A stretch of 64,000 nucleotides of DNA from Mobula hypostoma (GCF_963921235.1 NC_086118.1:23500001-23564000); one strand, 5' to 3'. Positions 12,886-25,914 are shown, numbered from the stretch's first letter. The notes: generated by a model from the letters alone, not told the origin. Program-made: numbers and translations.

Positions 12886-14455
12886 ATTGAATTGAATTGA
12901 CTTTATTACTTACATCCTTCATATACCTGAGGAGTAAAAATCTTTATGTTACATCTCTATCTAAATGTGCAATGTGCAATTTATAGTATCATATAATAAA
13001 TTATAAATTTATTATAAACAGGATAGTCAATATAACAGAAATACAGTTGCGTCAGCATGAATTAAGCAGTCTGTAGGCCTGGTGGAAGAAGTTCTCCCGG
13101 ATCCTGTTGGTCCTGGCTTTTATTCTGTGGTACTGTTTTCTGGATGGTAGCATCTGGAACAGTTTGTGGTCGGGGTGACTTGGGTCCCCAATGATCTCTC
13201 AGGCCCTTTTTACACACCTGTCTCTGTAAATGTCCTGAATCATGGGAAGTTCACATCTACAGATGCGCTGGGCTGTCCACACCAATCTCTGCAGAGTCTT
13301 GCGATTGAGGGAAGTACAGTTCCCATACCAGGCAATGATGCAGCCAGTCAGGATGCTCTCAATTGTGTCCCTGTAGAATGTTCTTGGGATTTGGAGGCCC
13401 ATACTAAACTTCTTCAACCGTTTGAGGTGAAAGAGGCGTTGTTTTGCCTTTTTCACTACACAGCCGGTATGTACAGGCCACGTGAGATCCTCGGTGATGT
13501 TTATTTCGAGGAACTTAAAGCTGTGACCCTCTCAACCCTGGATCCATTGATGTTAATAGTGGTTAGACTGCCTCCATTCCTCTTGTAGTCCGCAACCAGC
13601 TCCTTTGTTTTTGTGGTATTGAGGGAGAGGTTGTTTTCTTGACACCACTGTGTCAGGGTGATGACTTCTTCTCTGTAGGCTGCCTCATTATTATTTGAGA
13701 TTAGGCCAATCAGTGTAATGTCATCAGCAAATTTAATTAGCAGATTTGAGCTGTGGGTGGCGACACAGTCACGGGTATACAGAGAGTTAAGGAAGGGGCT
13801 TAGTACACAGCCCTGAGGGGCACCTGTGTTGAAGGCCAGAGGGGCAGAGGTGATGTAGCCCACTCTTACCAGCTGCCAGCGATCTGACAGGAAGTCCGAG
13901 ATCCAGCTGAACAAGGCAGGGTGAAGGCTGAGGTCTCTGAGCTTCTTGTCGAGCCTGGAGGGAATTATGGTGTTAAATGCTGAACTGTTGTCCAAGAACA
14001 GCATTCTCACATAAGCATCCCTGTTCTCCAGATGTGTGAGGACGGTGTGTAGAGCTGTGGCTATTGCATCACCTGTCGATCGGTTGTGCAGTGGGTGAAT
14101 TGTAGGGGTCCAGTGTGGGTGGTAGCAAGCTGCAGATGTAGTTCTTGACTGGCCTCTCAAAGTATTGCTTATTATTGAGGTGAGTGCGACAGGACGCCAG
14201 TCGTTCAGACACGTTGCCTTGGTCTTTTTAGGTACAGGTGGATGTTTTGATGTAGGAGAGTACTCTACCCTGGGAGAGGGAGAGATTAAAAATGTCTGTA
14301 AACACACCTGCTAGTTGTGCTGCGCACACCCTGAATATTCATCCTGGGATGCCATCCAGTCCCGTGGCCTTGCGACTGTCCACTCATTGGAAACACCCGC
14401 ATACTTTGGCCTCAGAGATGACCAAGCTTCATCTGCAGGTCTCCTCAGGGGCTCG
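12886..14455 (-). pseudogene. Rex1/Babar LINE, 5'-truncated, frameshifted RT
   Basis: ORF 13501-14307 has [47 protein letters not shown] 13199-13456 has KKAKQRLFHLKRLKKF; AATAAA plus (TTCAA)n tail at 12886-12907. Confidence 0.92.
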
Positions 14456-15984
14456 GTATTTAGATTTAAAAACAAATTATTTTCTGATTATTCATTTGTT
14501 GGGATAAGTTCATGTTTATTCCTTGTCAGAAAGACCTTTCGCAATGTCATTCAAATACATTTTTGAACTGTACCAGCTCAAGCATTTTAAAGATGAGTTA
14601 TCTTTGAAATTTCCTCTTTCTGGAGGCTGCTCCATTGTTTTCTTCAAGGATTCTGATCTAAATTCTCAGCTTCCAGATGGCAGAGTGGGTTGACTGAAAA
14701 CATATGGTGATAAAGGAAGGTGGATGTGGGATATTGCTAGGCTGATTCTGAGCTTCCAATTGGAGGAAGTTCATATGATGGGAAAAAATTGGGCATTTTG
14801 AGTGATAACATATTGAAATTCCTCTCATGAGTAGTCAGACACTAGTTCATTTTGGGATTACTCTTTACAATAAAGTTTGAACTCAGTGGGGCTATCCACA
14901 GGCTACCAGAAGAAACTAAAGATGCATGGCCAAGCCCCTTATTTTCATTATATGCCCTTTCTTCTGATGATACGGTTTGGTAGTACTGCCAGAAAATCAT
15001 AATTGTTATAAAAACTAGTTTAATTCCTCCTCCTTTGCAGCAATTTAGAACTAACACGCAATGATCTCAATGAAGTTTTATTTAATAATGTAAAATAATA
15101 TCAATACATTCAAAGTCATAATAAATAAAGAACGGAAAAAAAGTACTACATTTGCTGATTGGGAGTGAGTTGACCAATGGATAACTGTTGCAATCACTTG
15201 TCCAGACTTTTATTCCGTGCTTTGATTAACAAAATTTAATGGCAAAAGAAATACAATTTCCCTTGAGGCAATATACAAAATGCTGGAGGAGCTCAGCATT
15301 GAAGATAGAAGAGTACAGTGCAGGAACAGGCCATTTTACCCACAATGTTTTGCCGAACCAGCTAAAAATCCAAAGAAAGACACCCAAACACTAATCCCTC
15401 CTATCTATACCATATCCATATCCCTCCATCCTCCTTATACTCGTCAGCCCATCCAAACATCTCTTAAAAGCCTCTAATATTTACCTCTGTCAGGGCGCTG
15501 GAGCAGAGATCCAATCGTAGACCCAGTACCATGCACACAGTGACATAAATTGAGTAACAAATCCCGAGGTGCAAACAAAGTCGGCGTCAAAGTTCAGGCA
15601 GAGATCAAAACATCCAGAGAAATCCAGAAACCAGAATCGGGAAACAGGCAGAGTCGACCTTCAGACGGACAGAGTACAGATACAAATGCTGGAAAGGCTC
15701 AGGAAAATTCACTGGCACAATCTGGCAACAAATAGGTGATAACGCAAGACTGAAATACACTGAGCAATAAATAAAGTGGCAGATGATAGGTGGAGCACAA
15801 TGAGACAGAAGTAGCAGCAGTACAGGTAATAATGAGAAAGCAAACTTATCTTGACACGGAGCGTTGCTGGAACTGAACGGCAAACAGGAGGAAAGGCAGG
15901 TGGTAGGCAATACTTACCTTGACATGGAAAGTCAGAGTTACATAGGCAAACCTCGGTACTGAAGTAAAACTTAGAATACACAAT

Positions 15985-16572
15985 TCGCCAGAGAAAGCAG
16001 GATCTCCCAGTGGCCACACATTTTCCACATCCCATTCCCATTCTGATATGTCTACCCACGGCCTTCTTTACTGTAAAGATGAAGCCACACTCAGGTTGGA
16101 GGAACAACACCTTATATTCCATCTGGGAAGCCTCCAACCTGATGGCATGAACATTGACTTCTCTAACTTCCGCTAATGCCCCACATCTCCCTCGTACCCC
16201 ATCCGTTATTTATTTATATACACACATTCTTTCTCTCTCTCTCCTTTTTCTCCCTCTGTCCCTCTGACTGTACCCTTTGCCCATCCTCTGGGTTCCCCCC
16301 CCCCTTTTCCTTCTCCCTGGGCCTCCTGTCCCATGATCCTCTCATATCCCTTTTGCCTATCACCTGTCCAGCTCTTGGCTCCATCCCTCCCCCTCCTGTC
16401 TTCTCCTATCATTTTGGATCTCCCCCTCTCCCTCCCACTTTCAAATCTGTTACTCACTCTTCCTTCAGTTAGTCCCGACGAAGAGTCTCAGCCCGAAATG
16501 TCGACTGTACCTCTTCCTAGAGATGCTGCCTGGCCTGCTGCATTCACCAGCAACTTTGATGTCTGTTGCTTG
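15985..16572 (+). mobile_element. Penelope-like element 3' fragment (GIY-YIG C-terminus, pyrimidine tract, hammerhead)
   Basis: Encodes RQRKQDLPVATHF...EEQHLIFHLGSLQPDGMNIDFSNFR*; perfect 9-bp TSD atacacaat (15976-15984 / 16573-16581); colinear with 50377-50998. Confidence 0.9.
16471..16506 (+). ncRNA. Minimal type I hammerhead ribozyme motif (decayed)
   Basis: AGTC CCGACGA AGAG TCTCAG CCC GAAA TGTC GACT: stem I AGTC/GACT, core CUGANGA with one substitution, GAAA, GUC site. Confidence 0.7.
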
Positions 16573-17452
16573 ATACACAATCCTAAGCGGCTGGGAACGT
16601 GAATTACCACACTGGCTGAGAAATGATCTGGCAATGAATGGATGCAAAGCCGGGGTTTTTATACTGCAGGTTTAGATGAGAATCAGGTGTCGCAATCAAG
16701 GAGCCCAGGAGAACACGGGGAAAAAGGAATTAGGAGAATATGAGGAATTACCAATCGGGACCATGACACTGACAGCTAGGGGGAAACGCACAAAAAGATA
16801 GAGTTCAACTGGAGGTACTGACAGCCTCTAAGATCATACCAGGCAGCGCATTCCAGGCATACACGACTCTCTGATTAAAAAACTTCTGAAGCTTTACATA
16901 CTTTTCCTTTTTCTTCTTGACTGAATTCATCATCTCTCTGGATACCCAAGGTTCTCTTACTTTTCCATACCTGTACATCCTTCTAACAGGAACATAATGT
17001 TTCCTGCATTCGGTGCTATTGATTTTATTGATTTTTAAACAACTTCCACAAGTCCGATGTGGACTTGCCAGAAGTGTTCCCAATTAATGCTTCTTCGTTC
17101 TACTCCGATTTAAAACTCTCCCACCAGGACCACACCTATCCTTATCTATAGCTATCCTGAAAGATAAGGAGTTGTGGTCACTGTTCATCTACTGAAAGGT
17201 CAGTCACCTGGCCAGGCTCATCAGCCAACACCAGGTCCAGAATGGGCCCTCCTCTCGTTTGACCATCTGAGAATTGATTTAAGAAACCTTCCTGGATACA
17301 CTTAGCAAATTCAGCCCCATCTAAACCCCTTATGCTCAGAAGGTTCCAGTTTATATTTGGGAAGTGGAAATCCCCCATGAGAACAACCCTATTATTTTTA
17401 CAACTTCCTTAATCCAATTGCAGGTCAGGCAGCATTTACGGAAATGAACTGA

Positions 17453-17490
17453 TTGTCGACATTTCGGGCCGAGACCTTTCTCCACAACTG
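17453..17490 (-). ncRNA. Hammerhead ribozyme motif (decayed core)
   Basis: Reverse strand reads agtt gtggaga aagg tctcgg ccc gaaa tgtc gaca; the 3' half is near consensus but CUGANGA is degenerate. Confidence 0.55.
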
Positions 17491-17625
17491 AGAAGGAAAG
17501 GGGAAAATGCCTGAATAAAAATGTAGGGGGGAGGGGAAGGAGGCTAGCTGGAAAGTAATAGGTGATGCCAGGTAGGTGGGAAAGGTCAGGGGCTGGAGAA
17601 GAAGGAATCTGATAGGAGAGGACAT

Positions 17626-20255
17626 TGTGCAGGTTTTCTCAAATGAAATGTTGTGAGGTGATTTATGTTTAAGAGAAACCTTTAACAACTCACTTATTGT
17701 ACTCTAAAATCTAAACACAAAGTGTGGTAAATGAACTTCTCATAATTATGTTATCACGCCCGACCATTCTGTAAAATTAAACACCAACTCAATGTCGGTG
17801 GTTGTGGATTATGTACGTTTCCACCAATAACATTACCGTACACTGCCCCCTCCCAGACCCCACCCCAGAATTCAGTAAAACTGGTTTAATGAGCCTGTCT
17901 GGAGCTCAGGTGAGCCACCCAGCTCAGGTTCTATGTTCCATGGGTGGAGGAACAGCAGGTGTCTCTGGCTCATCCCGAGGTGTATTAACATGCTCATAGT
18001 CAAGTGGTCATGTCGTGATGGCAGGGGCATTGTAGCGGAATCCTCCAAAATCTTGGTGCGCTAGTTTAAGGCAATCTACCCAAATACATCCAGGTTTACC
18101 CTTCTTATCTATGATAAATGTCTTTTCTCTCTGTTCCAATACACGGAATGGGCCACCGTAAGGCATCATCTTGGATGAAGACAATTAGGGCAGAATGTAG
18201 GTCAACAGGAACCCAAGAGTTCTACGCCATGGTTGGTGGTAGGAATAGGTGCAAAGGATTTAATTTAATGAGGGTACCGTGCTATTGAAAGGCCTATCTT
18301 GTGGTTGTGGCATCAGGAATAAAATCACTTGGCACTCATAATGGCTGCCTATGTACCAACTAATCCGCAGGTGACTGTATGTCCTCTTTTGGAACGGTTC
18401 TGAGATCCAGCAGGATCCACAGGAGATGATCACCATACTTCCTGCAGTTATTTTGTAGTGTGGAGTGGTGGGAAATCCATAATAGTACCTACTCTTGATG
18501 GGAGGGGTTTCGCACTTACTGTGGAGATGCAATGGCTGAGACAGTCAATGGTTGACGAGCCAGACTCGCGTTCAGCAGGGTTAATAATCAACCCGTCTTG
18601 GCTTAAATTGCTCAAAAAGTGGGTGAAAATGATTTATGTGTTTGAATTTGGATGCATTGGTGACAAGTATGTCATCCAAGTAAACAAAAAGTCTAAATCT
18701 TTTAGTCCAGAGTCCATCAGCCTGTTGGAAAGTCTGTGCTGCATTTTTCAGCCCAAACAGCATGTGTAGAAACTCAAAAAGGCCAAACAGGGTTATCACT
18801 GCCCTTTTAGGAATCTCCTCCGAGCACACAAGCACCTGATGGTAGCCCCTAACTAAGGTGAATTTGGAAAATTAACTTTGGTGCTAAACGTACTGAAAAG
18901 TCTTGGATGTGACATCGGTCACCACCATTAGACTTTGGGACCACATGGAGGGGCAAAGCCCAAGGGCTATTCAACCAGTGTACAATACCAAGTCTTTCCA
19001 CGTCGACAAACGTATCCTTTGCATTTGCCAGCTTTTCTGAGTCCAGTCTACGTGCACGGGCATGGACTGGAAGGTCAGTTGTGGAAATGTAGTGCCTGGC
19101 CCCTTGTTTCGTGAGCAGAAATCTAGCCACTTTAGCCAGGATGACGTCCCATGTGTAATGTTGCCCATGGAAGCAGAGCGTCAGCCATCATGTCTTACAA
19201 GTCTGGATCCTGCTGCCGTTGGTGACCTCCAGTGAGATTTCATCGCTCGTTGTCTTCTCATCAACAGGCGATGCTGGAACAATACTCACTTGAGCAGCCC
19301 GTGTCACAGAGGAGGTGTTGCCCTGGAAGGGTGTCCACAGTGAACACTAGACAATGCTGGCAGCTGGAACCCACGGTGGTCAGAGACCTCCGATATCCTG
19401 ATGCGCTGGCACTGTTGAAGCTGCAAGGCCGTCGGCACTTCCTCGTGCTTGTACCAAAACGAGCGTGTTAAAACACAGACACAGCATTGTCTGTCTGGGG
19501 GCCTTGTTGAGCAGGTTATTGAGGCAGGGAAAGGAGAAGGAATTATGCACTTCTGACTGGCTGTAGACTATCAGCAATTTTAGCAAGCTCCCTATAGTTC
19601 TTCATGGGTACATTAGCGAGGGCTATGCAAACCTGATCAGGCATTTGTTGCATGACGGGCTCTTTAAAAATAAAACAAGGATGGTGATTTCCGAGGAGAG
19701 ACAGCATGTTGTCCATTACCTCTGACAGCTTAGCATCAGTGAGGACGAGTAAGGAGAGCAACTGTTTGGAGCCTTCAGACACTGATAGTCCAAAAGTCTG
19801 TAAAAGGTGAGTTTTATCGTGTTCAGATGGGTGTTCAATTAGACTCACCACCCTTGTAGCTGTGGAGTTGCCGGGTGACACTGCCACATCGAAATATTTA
19901 GTGTTGTCAATGGAGATTTCTCACAGTGCAAATTGGGCCTCGGCTTGTACAAATCAAGCAAAAGCATTTCGTTCTCAAAATGCCGGCAGTTTCAAATGTT
20001 CAATAACTCGGGAATCATCCTAGAGCATTGTGGTCACCAATGTAGGGTTTTGCAAATAAAACAACGTGAGGTGTCTTATTGTTTAAGAAAAGCCATTACA
20101 ACTCATTTAGTGTACTCCAAAACCTGAACACAAAGCTCACTAAGCAAACTTCACGTAATTACGTCATCACGTCAGACCAGCCTCCTAAAGTGAACCCCAA
20201 CTCAGTGTCAGTGGTTGTGAATTATGCATGTTTCTGCTAATTACATTACCTGACA
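17626..20255 (-). mobile_element. Ty3/Gypsy LTR retrotransposon, decayed and internally deleted
   Basis: Two ~215-bp TG...CA LTRs (17626-17842, 20041-20255); gag-like LSEVMDNMLSLLG..PCFIFK...QQMP; protease LCDTG (~19300); RT SPWALPLHVVPK, FGLKNAAQTFQ, YLDDILV; integrase GPY/F module PYGGPFRVLEQ (~18135-18165); PPT tctgggagggggcag (17843-17857). Confidence 0.92.
20025..20039 (-). promoter_or_regulatory. Primer-binding site, probably tRNA-Trp
   Basis: TGGTGACCACAATG immediately inside the 5' LTR versus the tRNA-Trp complement TGGTGACCCCGACG; two of the three differences are CpG-type transitions. Confidence 0.65.
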
Positions 20256-21350
20256 AGCAGACCACGAGAGGACGGGAAGGAAGTGACCCAGCAGCCCCTT
20301 TTTATATCTTTAAATCCATAATTGAGGCAAAATGCATCCAATCACTCATTCCAATTCTAACCAACTCTGTGGATGATGGATACTTGTCCAGCTTCAGAGA
20401 CCACATCCTCTGTTCTGCCCTTTTCTCTATTTTAGGGTGCACAAGTTCGTGTAAATGGTGATTCATCGTATAGGCCCTTAAGGATAACCACAGCTCAGAC
20501 TGCAACAGATTGTTAACATCTGAAGAGTAAAATAAAACTATCTCCCAAAAGGAATTATTATTAAATAACTATCTAGTAAAGTTTAATACTAAAAGTTCAC
20601 AAAAGAATGTACCAGCTTAATTTGGGGTAAATCGTAGCTGTGGTTTTTTTTTGAATTTTCAGCAGCTTTCCTGCCATTTAGCAAAGCAGTTAGTGTGACT
20701 CACTAGAATAGTAAACTGTCTTCATGTTGTCTTTGTCCTTATATATTCAAGTAAATTGATTTAAACAACTAGATGCTTGTTGCATACCATTCTAAATGTT
20801 ATGTGCTACTGACTCACCCCGATCCTTTTAACAGCAATATAAACTAAAATCATCAGTCCACCACATTTTCCACCTGGTTTCAAAATACTACAATATGACT
20901 GAAGAATTACCCTTGTGATTTGCAGCAACATGTCTTGTGAAATTCTTTTCTTTCCCAGTTTTGCCTTGAATACATTTAATGGTATCAGTTCAGACTAAAT
21001 AGGAACCATTATTACGCCCACATAATGTGGAGGATGATATCTCCAATATGTCTGGCCTTGTTCGTGATGCATTGAACCTAGTTGATGAGCAAAGGAGGAT
21101 AATTTCACTTTGACATGACACCATTCAAAAATCTCAGGAATTCTTATTAATGGTCACAATGAATTGAGCAGCTCAGAGATTTGTTTAGGATAATTTAAAG
21201 CTTCATTTCAATAACTAACTTTCAGAGAATCCTTGATGGCTCAATGGGTTAAAATAAATGGTTTCCTGGAGGACTTTTAACTTCAAGGAAATTAAAGGAT
21301 TGAATTTGCTTTATTTGAATTTTCAAATCATTGTTGATATTCTACTTTAC

Positions 21351-22984
21351 TTTGGTTCTGTCTTCACTAAGGAGGACATAAATAATCTTCCAGAAATAGT
21401 AGGGGACAGAGGGTCCAGTGAGATGGAGGAACTGAGTGAAATACATGTTAGTAGGGAAGTGGTGTTAGGTAAATTGAAGGGATTGAAGGCAGATAAATCC
21501 CCAGGGCCAGATGGTCTGCATCCTAGAGTGCTTAAGGAAGTAGCCCAAGAAATAGTGGATGCATTAGTGATAATTTTTCAAAACTCGTTAGATTCTGGAC
21601 TAGTTCCTGAGGATTGGAGGGTGGCTAATGTAACCCCACTTTTTAAAAAAGGAGGGAGAGAGAAACCGGGGAATTATAGACCGGTTAGCCTAACGTCGGT
21701 GGTGGGGAACTGCTGGAGTCAGTTATCAAGGATGTGATAACAGCACATTTGGAAAGCGGTGAAATCATCGGACAAAGTCAGCATGGATTTGTGAAAGGAA
21801 AATCATGTCTGACGAATCTCATAGAATTTTTTGAGGATGTAACTAGTAGAGTGGATAGGGGAGAACCAGTGGATGTGGTATATTTGGATTTTCAAAAGGC
21901 TTTTGACAAGGTCCCATACAGGAGATTAGTGTGCAAACTTAAAGCACACGGTATTGGGGGTAAGGTATTGGTGTGGGTGGAGAATTGGTTAGCAGACAGG
22001 AAGCAAAGAGTGGGAATAAACGGGACCTTTTCAGAATGGCAGGCGGTGACTAGTGGGGTACCGCAAGGCTCAGTGCTGGGACGCCAGTTGTTTACAATAT
22101 ATATTAATGACTTGGATGAGGGAATTAAATGCAGCATCTCCAAGTTTGCAGATGACACGAAGCTGGGTGGCAGTGTTAGCTGTGAGGAGGATGCTAAAAG
22201 GATGCAGGGTGACTTGGATAGGTTGGGTGAGTGGGCAAATTCATGGCAGATGCAATTTAATGTGGATAAATGTGAAGTTATCCACTTTGGTGGCAAAAAT
22301 AGGAAAACAGATTATTATCTGAATGGTGGCCGATTAGGAAAAGGGGAGGTGCAACGAGACCTGGGTGTCATTATACATCAGTCATTGAAAGTGGGCATGC
22401 AGGTACAGCAGGCAGTGAAAAAGGTGAATGGTATGCAGGCATTTATAGCGAGAGGATTCGAGTACAGGAGCAGGGAGGTACTACTGCAGTTGTACAAGGC
22501 CTTGGTGAGACCACACCTGGAGTATTGTGTGCAGTTTTGGTCCCCTAATCTGAGGAAAGACATCCTTGCCATAGAGGGAGTACAAAGAAAGTTCACCAGA
22601 TTGATTCCTGGGATGGCAGAACTTTCATATGAAGAAAGACTGGATGAACTGGGCTTGTACTCGTTGGAATTTAGAAGATTGAGGGGGGATCTGATTGAAA
22701 CATATAAAATCCTAAAGGGATTGGACAGGCTAGATGCAGGAAGATTGTTCCCAATGTTGGGGAAGTCCAGAACGAGGGACCACAGTTTGAGGATAGAGGG
22801 GAGGCCTTTTAGGACCGAGATTAGGAAGAACTTCTTCACACAGAGAGTGGTGAATCTGTGGAATTCTCTGCCACAGGAAACAGTTGAGGCCAGTTCATTG
22901 GCTATATTTAAGAGGGAGTTAGATATGGCCCTTGTGGCTACGGGGGTCAGGGGGTATGGAGGGAAGGCTGGGGCGGGGTTCTGA
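21351..22984 (+). pseudogene. CR1 ORF2 reverse transcriptase, N-terminally truncated, one frameshift near 21708
   Basis: ORFs 21258-21737 and 21734-22984 join if one base is restored at gtggggaactgctgg (VVGKLLES expected); no endonuclease domain. Confidence 0.9.
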
Positions 22985-23088
22985 GTTGGATGATCAGCCA
23001 TGATCATAATAAATGGTGGTGCAGGCTCGAAGGGCCGAATGGCCTACTCCTGCACCTATTTTCTATGTTTCTGTGTTTCTATGTTTCT
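21351..23088 (+). mobile_element. Young 5'-truncated CR1 LINE (HER1-like)
   Basis: KSPGPDGLHPRVLKE, NYRPVSLTS, YLDFQKAFDKV, GVPQGSVLG, KFADD, FFTQRVVNLWNSLP; (TTTCTATG)n tail; perfect 11-bp TSD ttctactttac (21340-21350 / 23085-23095). Confidence 0.97.
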
Positions 23089-23276
23089 ACTTTACCTTAT
23101 TTTTCAACATTCTTACACCTAAATGATAACTATTAAGCCTAGCCTTTGGCAGATAGCCTGCAAGTGCTCCCATTAATTCTTGAATACACTAGATACAACC
23201 AGACTTTTCATACACAGCTGGGTGAGGTCGTGGGTAGAATCCATTAAACAAAACTCATCATCATTCTGATCCATTT

Positions 23277-23969
23277 TAGATTAGATTAGATTAAATTATG
23301 AGGACACTCAGTCCTCATTTATTGTCATTTAGAAATGCATGCATGCATTAAGAAATGATACAATGTTCCTCCGGAGAGATATCACAAAAAAAATAAGACA
23401 AACCAAAGACTAACACTGACAAGACCACATAATTATAACATATAGTTACAGCAATGCAAAGCAATACCATAATTTGTTAAAGAGCAGACCATGGGAACGG
23501 TAAAAAAAAGTCTCAAAGTTCTGATCGACTCCTGATAGTCCCCAATAGCAGGCGGCAGAAGGGAGAAACTCTCTCTGCCATAAACCTCCAGGCACCGACA
23601 ACTGCCGATGCATTGGAAGCACCTGACCACAGCCGACTCTGAGTCCATCCGAAAACTTCGAGTCTCCGATCAGCCCTTCGACACCGAGCACCGAGCACCA
23701 TCTCTGCTGAGCGCTTCGACCTTGTCCCGGCCGCCGAGCAACAAGCAAAGCCAAGGATTTGGGGCCTTCCCCTCCAGAGATTCGGGATCACACAGTAACA
23801 GCGGCAGCGAAAAAGGCATTTCAGAAGTTTCTCCAGATGTTCCTCCGTTCTCTCACGTCTGTCTCCATCAGATCAGGATTTTGCACGGCACCCTACTTGA
23901 CAGATTACGGATATCATTCAGCGGAGTGGCAGCGCAAGCTGCATCGGGCCACCATCTTCTCCTCCTCCT
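23277..23969 (-). mobile_element. Family X copy B (full length, ~690 bp)
   Basis: (TTAGA)n tail, gaggacactcagtcctc hairpin at 23300-23316, right end ccatcttctcctcctcc. Confidence 0.92.
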
Positions 23970-24740
23970 ATTCTTGGAGACGAGAAACTGGCATTGTTAT
24001 TTAAAACTGTGAGAAGGCATTAACACGTTAAACCAAAATTAAAATTACAGCTGGACGTCAATAAGATAATTTAACTTCATTTTCAAAGATCAGAAGTTCT
24101 GGTAAAACAGTTGATTTTAAAATACGGGTGCACAAGGAAGATTCCAAATGATGTGCAGGTACACTGTATTAAAACAAGGGTATCATTCAAAGCACAGAAC
24201 ACACCCGACACCCTGTCAAAGCTCACAAATAAAGAAGGCTTTGATCAGTAAATTGCTGGAAGGTGCCCACCATCTGTGAAACTGAATCTTGGTGAGTGGG
24301 AAGAGAAAATAAGATGAACGAGGATCAAAAAGATCATGGCTACTGTTACCGCTGGCTCACCTGTTCTTTGCAACTGGTGTGCAGATGGCAGCTTCCATTG
24401 ATATTCTTTCAGATTTCCCAGCTTTAGTGTAAGCAAACTCTAGGTGGTTGCCTTCAAAGACCATTGCCCTCTGTTTGCTTTTCAAAATGTATTTCTTAGA
24501 GAAGCATCTGATTGCTGATGATCACAAAGAGGTGACTCTTGATAAGTCAATATTAATTTATTATTTCCTTGGATTTTTGATTTGCAATTCAGGGAAGTTC
24601 TAGAGAAAACAGGTATCTATTAGCCCAGTAAATGCTGGCAATCAAAAAGAGGGAAATAGTCTGCATTAGTTTTTCTTTGATCCTGAGAGTTTGGAGAGAT
24701 TTAATGCATTCACCTTAATGCTTTCACACATATGATTTTC

Positions 24741-25512
24741 TGAATTGAACTGAATTGAATTGTCTTTATTTCTTACATCCGTCACATACATGAAGAGTAA
24801 AAATCTTCACATTAAGTTTCCGTCCAAATGTGCACTGTGCAAGTTATAGTAATTTTTAATAAATAATATGTACAATAAGATATACAACAGAACAGTCAAT
24901 ATAACTTAGCAATACAATTGTGTCAGCGTAAATTATTCAGCCTAGTGGCCTGGTGGAAGATGCAGTTCTGGAGCCTGTTGGTCCTGGCTTTAATGTTGCG
25001 GTATAATTTCCCGGATGGTAACGGATGGACCAGTTTGTGGTTGGGGTGACTCGGGTCCCCACTGATCCTTTAGGCCCTTTTTATGCACCTGTCACTATGA
25101 ATGTCCTAGATAGTGGGAAGTACACATCCACAGATGCGCTGGGCTGTCCACACCACTCTCTGCAGAGTCCTGCGATTGAGGGAAGTACAGTTCCCATCAG
25201 ACAGTGATACAGCCAGGCAGGATGCTCTCAAGTGTTCCCCTGTAGAAAGTCCTTGGGATTTGGGAACTCATGTCGAACTTCTTCATCTGTCTGAGGTGAA
25301 AGCAGCGCTGTTTTACTTTTTTCACCACACAGCCACACAGCAGACTGTGAGGTCCTCGGTAATGTGTATACCAAGGAATTTAAAGCTGTTCACCCTCTCA
25401 ACCCCAGATCCATTGATGTCAACAGGGGGAGCCTGTCTCCATTCCTCCTGTAGTCCACAACCAGCTTTATTTTTGTGACATTGAGGGAGGGGTTGTTTTC
25501 TTGACACCACTG
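24741..25512 (-). mobile_element. Rex1/Babar 3' fragment, same subfamily as 12886-14455
   Basis: (TTGAA)n tail at left; INGSGVERVNSFKFLGIHITEDL on the minus strand; colinear with 12886-13660. Confidence 0.9.
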
Positions 25513-25914
25513 AGCCAGTATCAGAATTTCCAACTTTCCTGTTCATCTATTTACTCTATATGACTTCTTGGACAGCTACATTGGAGGGATTTCTGCTAAT
25601 GGCAAATTATCAGTTATATTCTCTGACCTTTACTTCACGCTGATGTATTTTTTTAGGTTGCAATGTCATTGTAGCTGAGTATTAGTGTGTTGTGCAGTTG
25701 CAGCCTTTTTATGACTCTCACTTTGTTTTTCTCTACCGAGCTCTGATGGGTTTTGCTCTGGAGCAGAAATCACTGGGTTAGGTACTTTCCCACAGTTGTA
25801 AGAAGAATTCTAGTGGAGGAGAGAAAAGAAAACCGGAATTGAGTCTCACTCAGTGGGTTCAGAGTCCAGTATTGTCATCATTAACATCCATTTGGCAAGT
25901 TCCTGAACGAAATT

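Larger units (their letters stand above)
15488..16823. mobile_element. Solo LTR (~740 bp excluding the nested insert)
   Basis: Termini TGTCAG...CTGACA; 5-bp TSD acctc (15483-15487) / gcctc (16824-16828); the host CR1 sequence continues across it. Confidence 0.8.
15299..17419 (-). mobile_element. CR1 LINE with endonuclease remnant and 3' end but no RT; interrupted by a solo LTR
   Basis: ORF 17178-17378 has MGDFHFPNINW...TRGGPILDLVL (APE endonuclease); ORF 16805-17083 joins linker EPWVSRE..KKKK directly to C-terminal FFNQRVVYAWNALP; 3' UTR at 15299-15487. Confidence 0.85.
15269..20300 (-). mobile_element. Penelope-like terminal fragment split into three pieces (15269-15298, 17420-17625, 20256-~20300)
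   Basis: acaaaatgctggaggagctcagca (to 15298) continues as gcaggtcaggcagcat at 17420, matching the uninterrupted copy at 35586; the purine-rich tract ending gataggagagga (17610-17622) resumes as agcagaccacgagaggacgggaagg after the Gypsy. Confidence 0.75.

Noticed and set aside
21734..22984. 416-aa RT ORF as a functional gene or retron/DGR-like system
   Set aside because: Ordinary CR1 ORF2: 5'-truncated, no endonuclease, upstream frameshift, with TSD and tail.
22378..23007. 209-aa minus-strand ORF (also 21892-22296, 38510-38737 and 13166-13588)
   Set aside because: Antisense shadows of LINE ORF2 frames.
23433..24012. Similar short ORFs recurring at 2.3, 23.5, 40 and 49.7 kb as a gene family
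   Set aside because: Chance frames in GC-rich family X; starts, stops and frames differ between copies.
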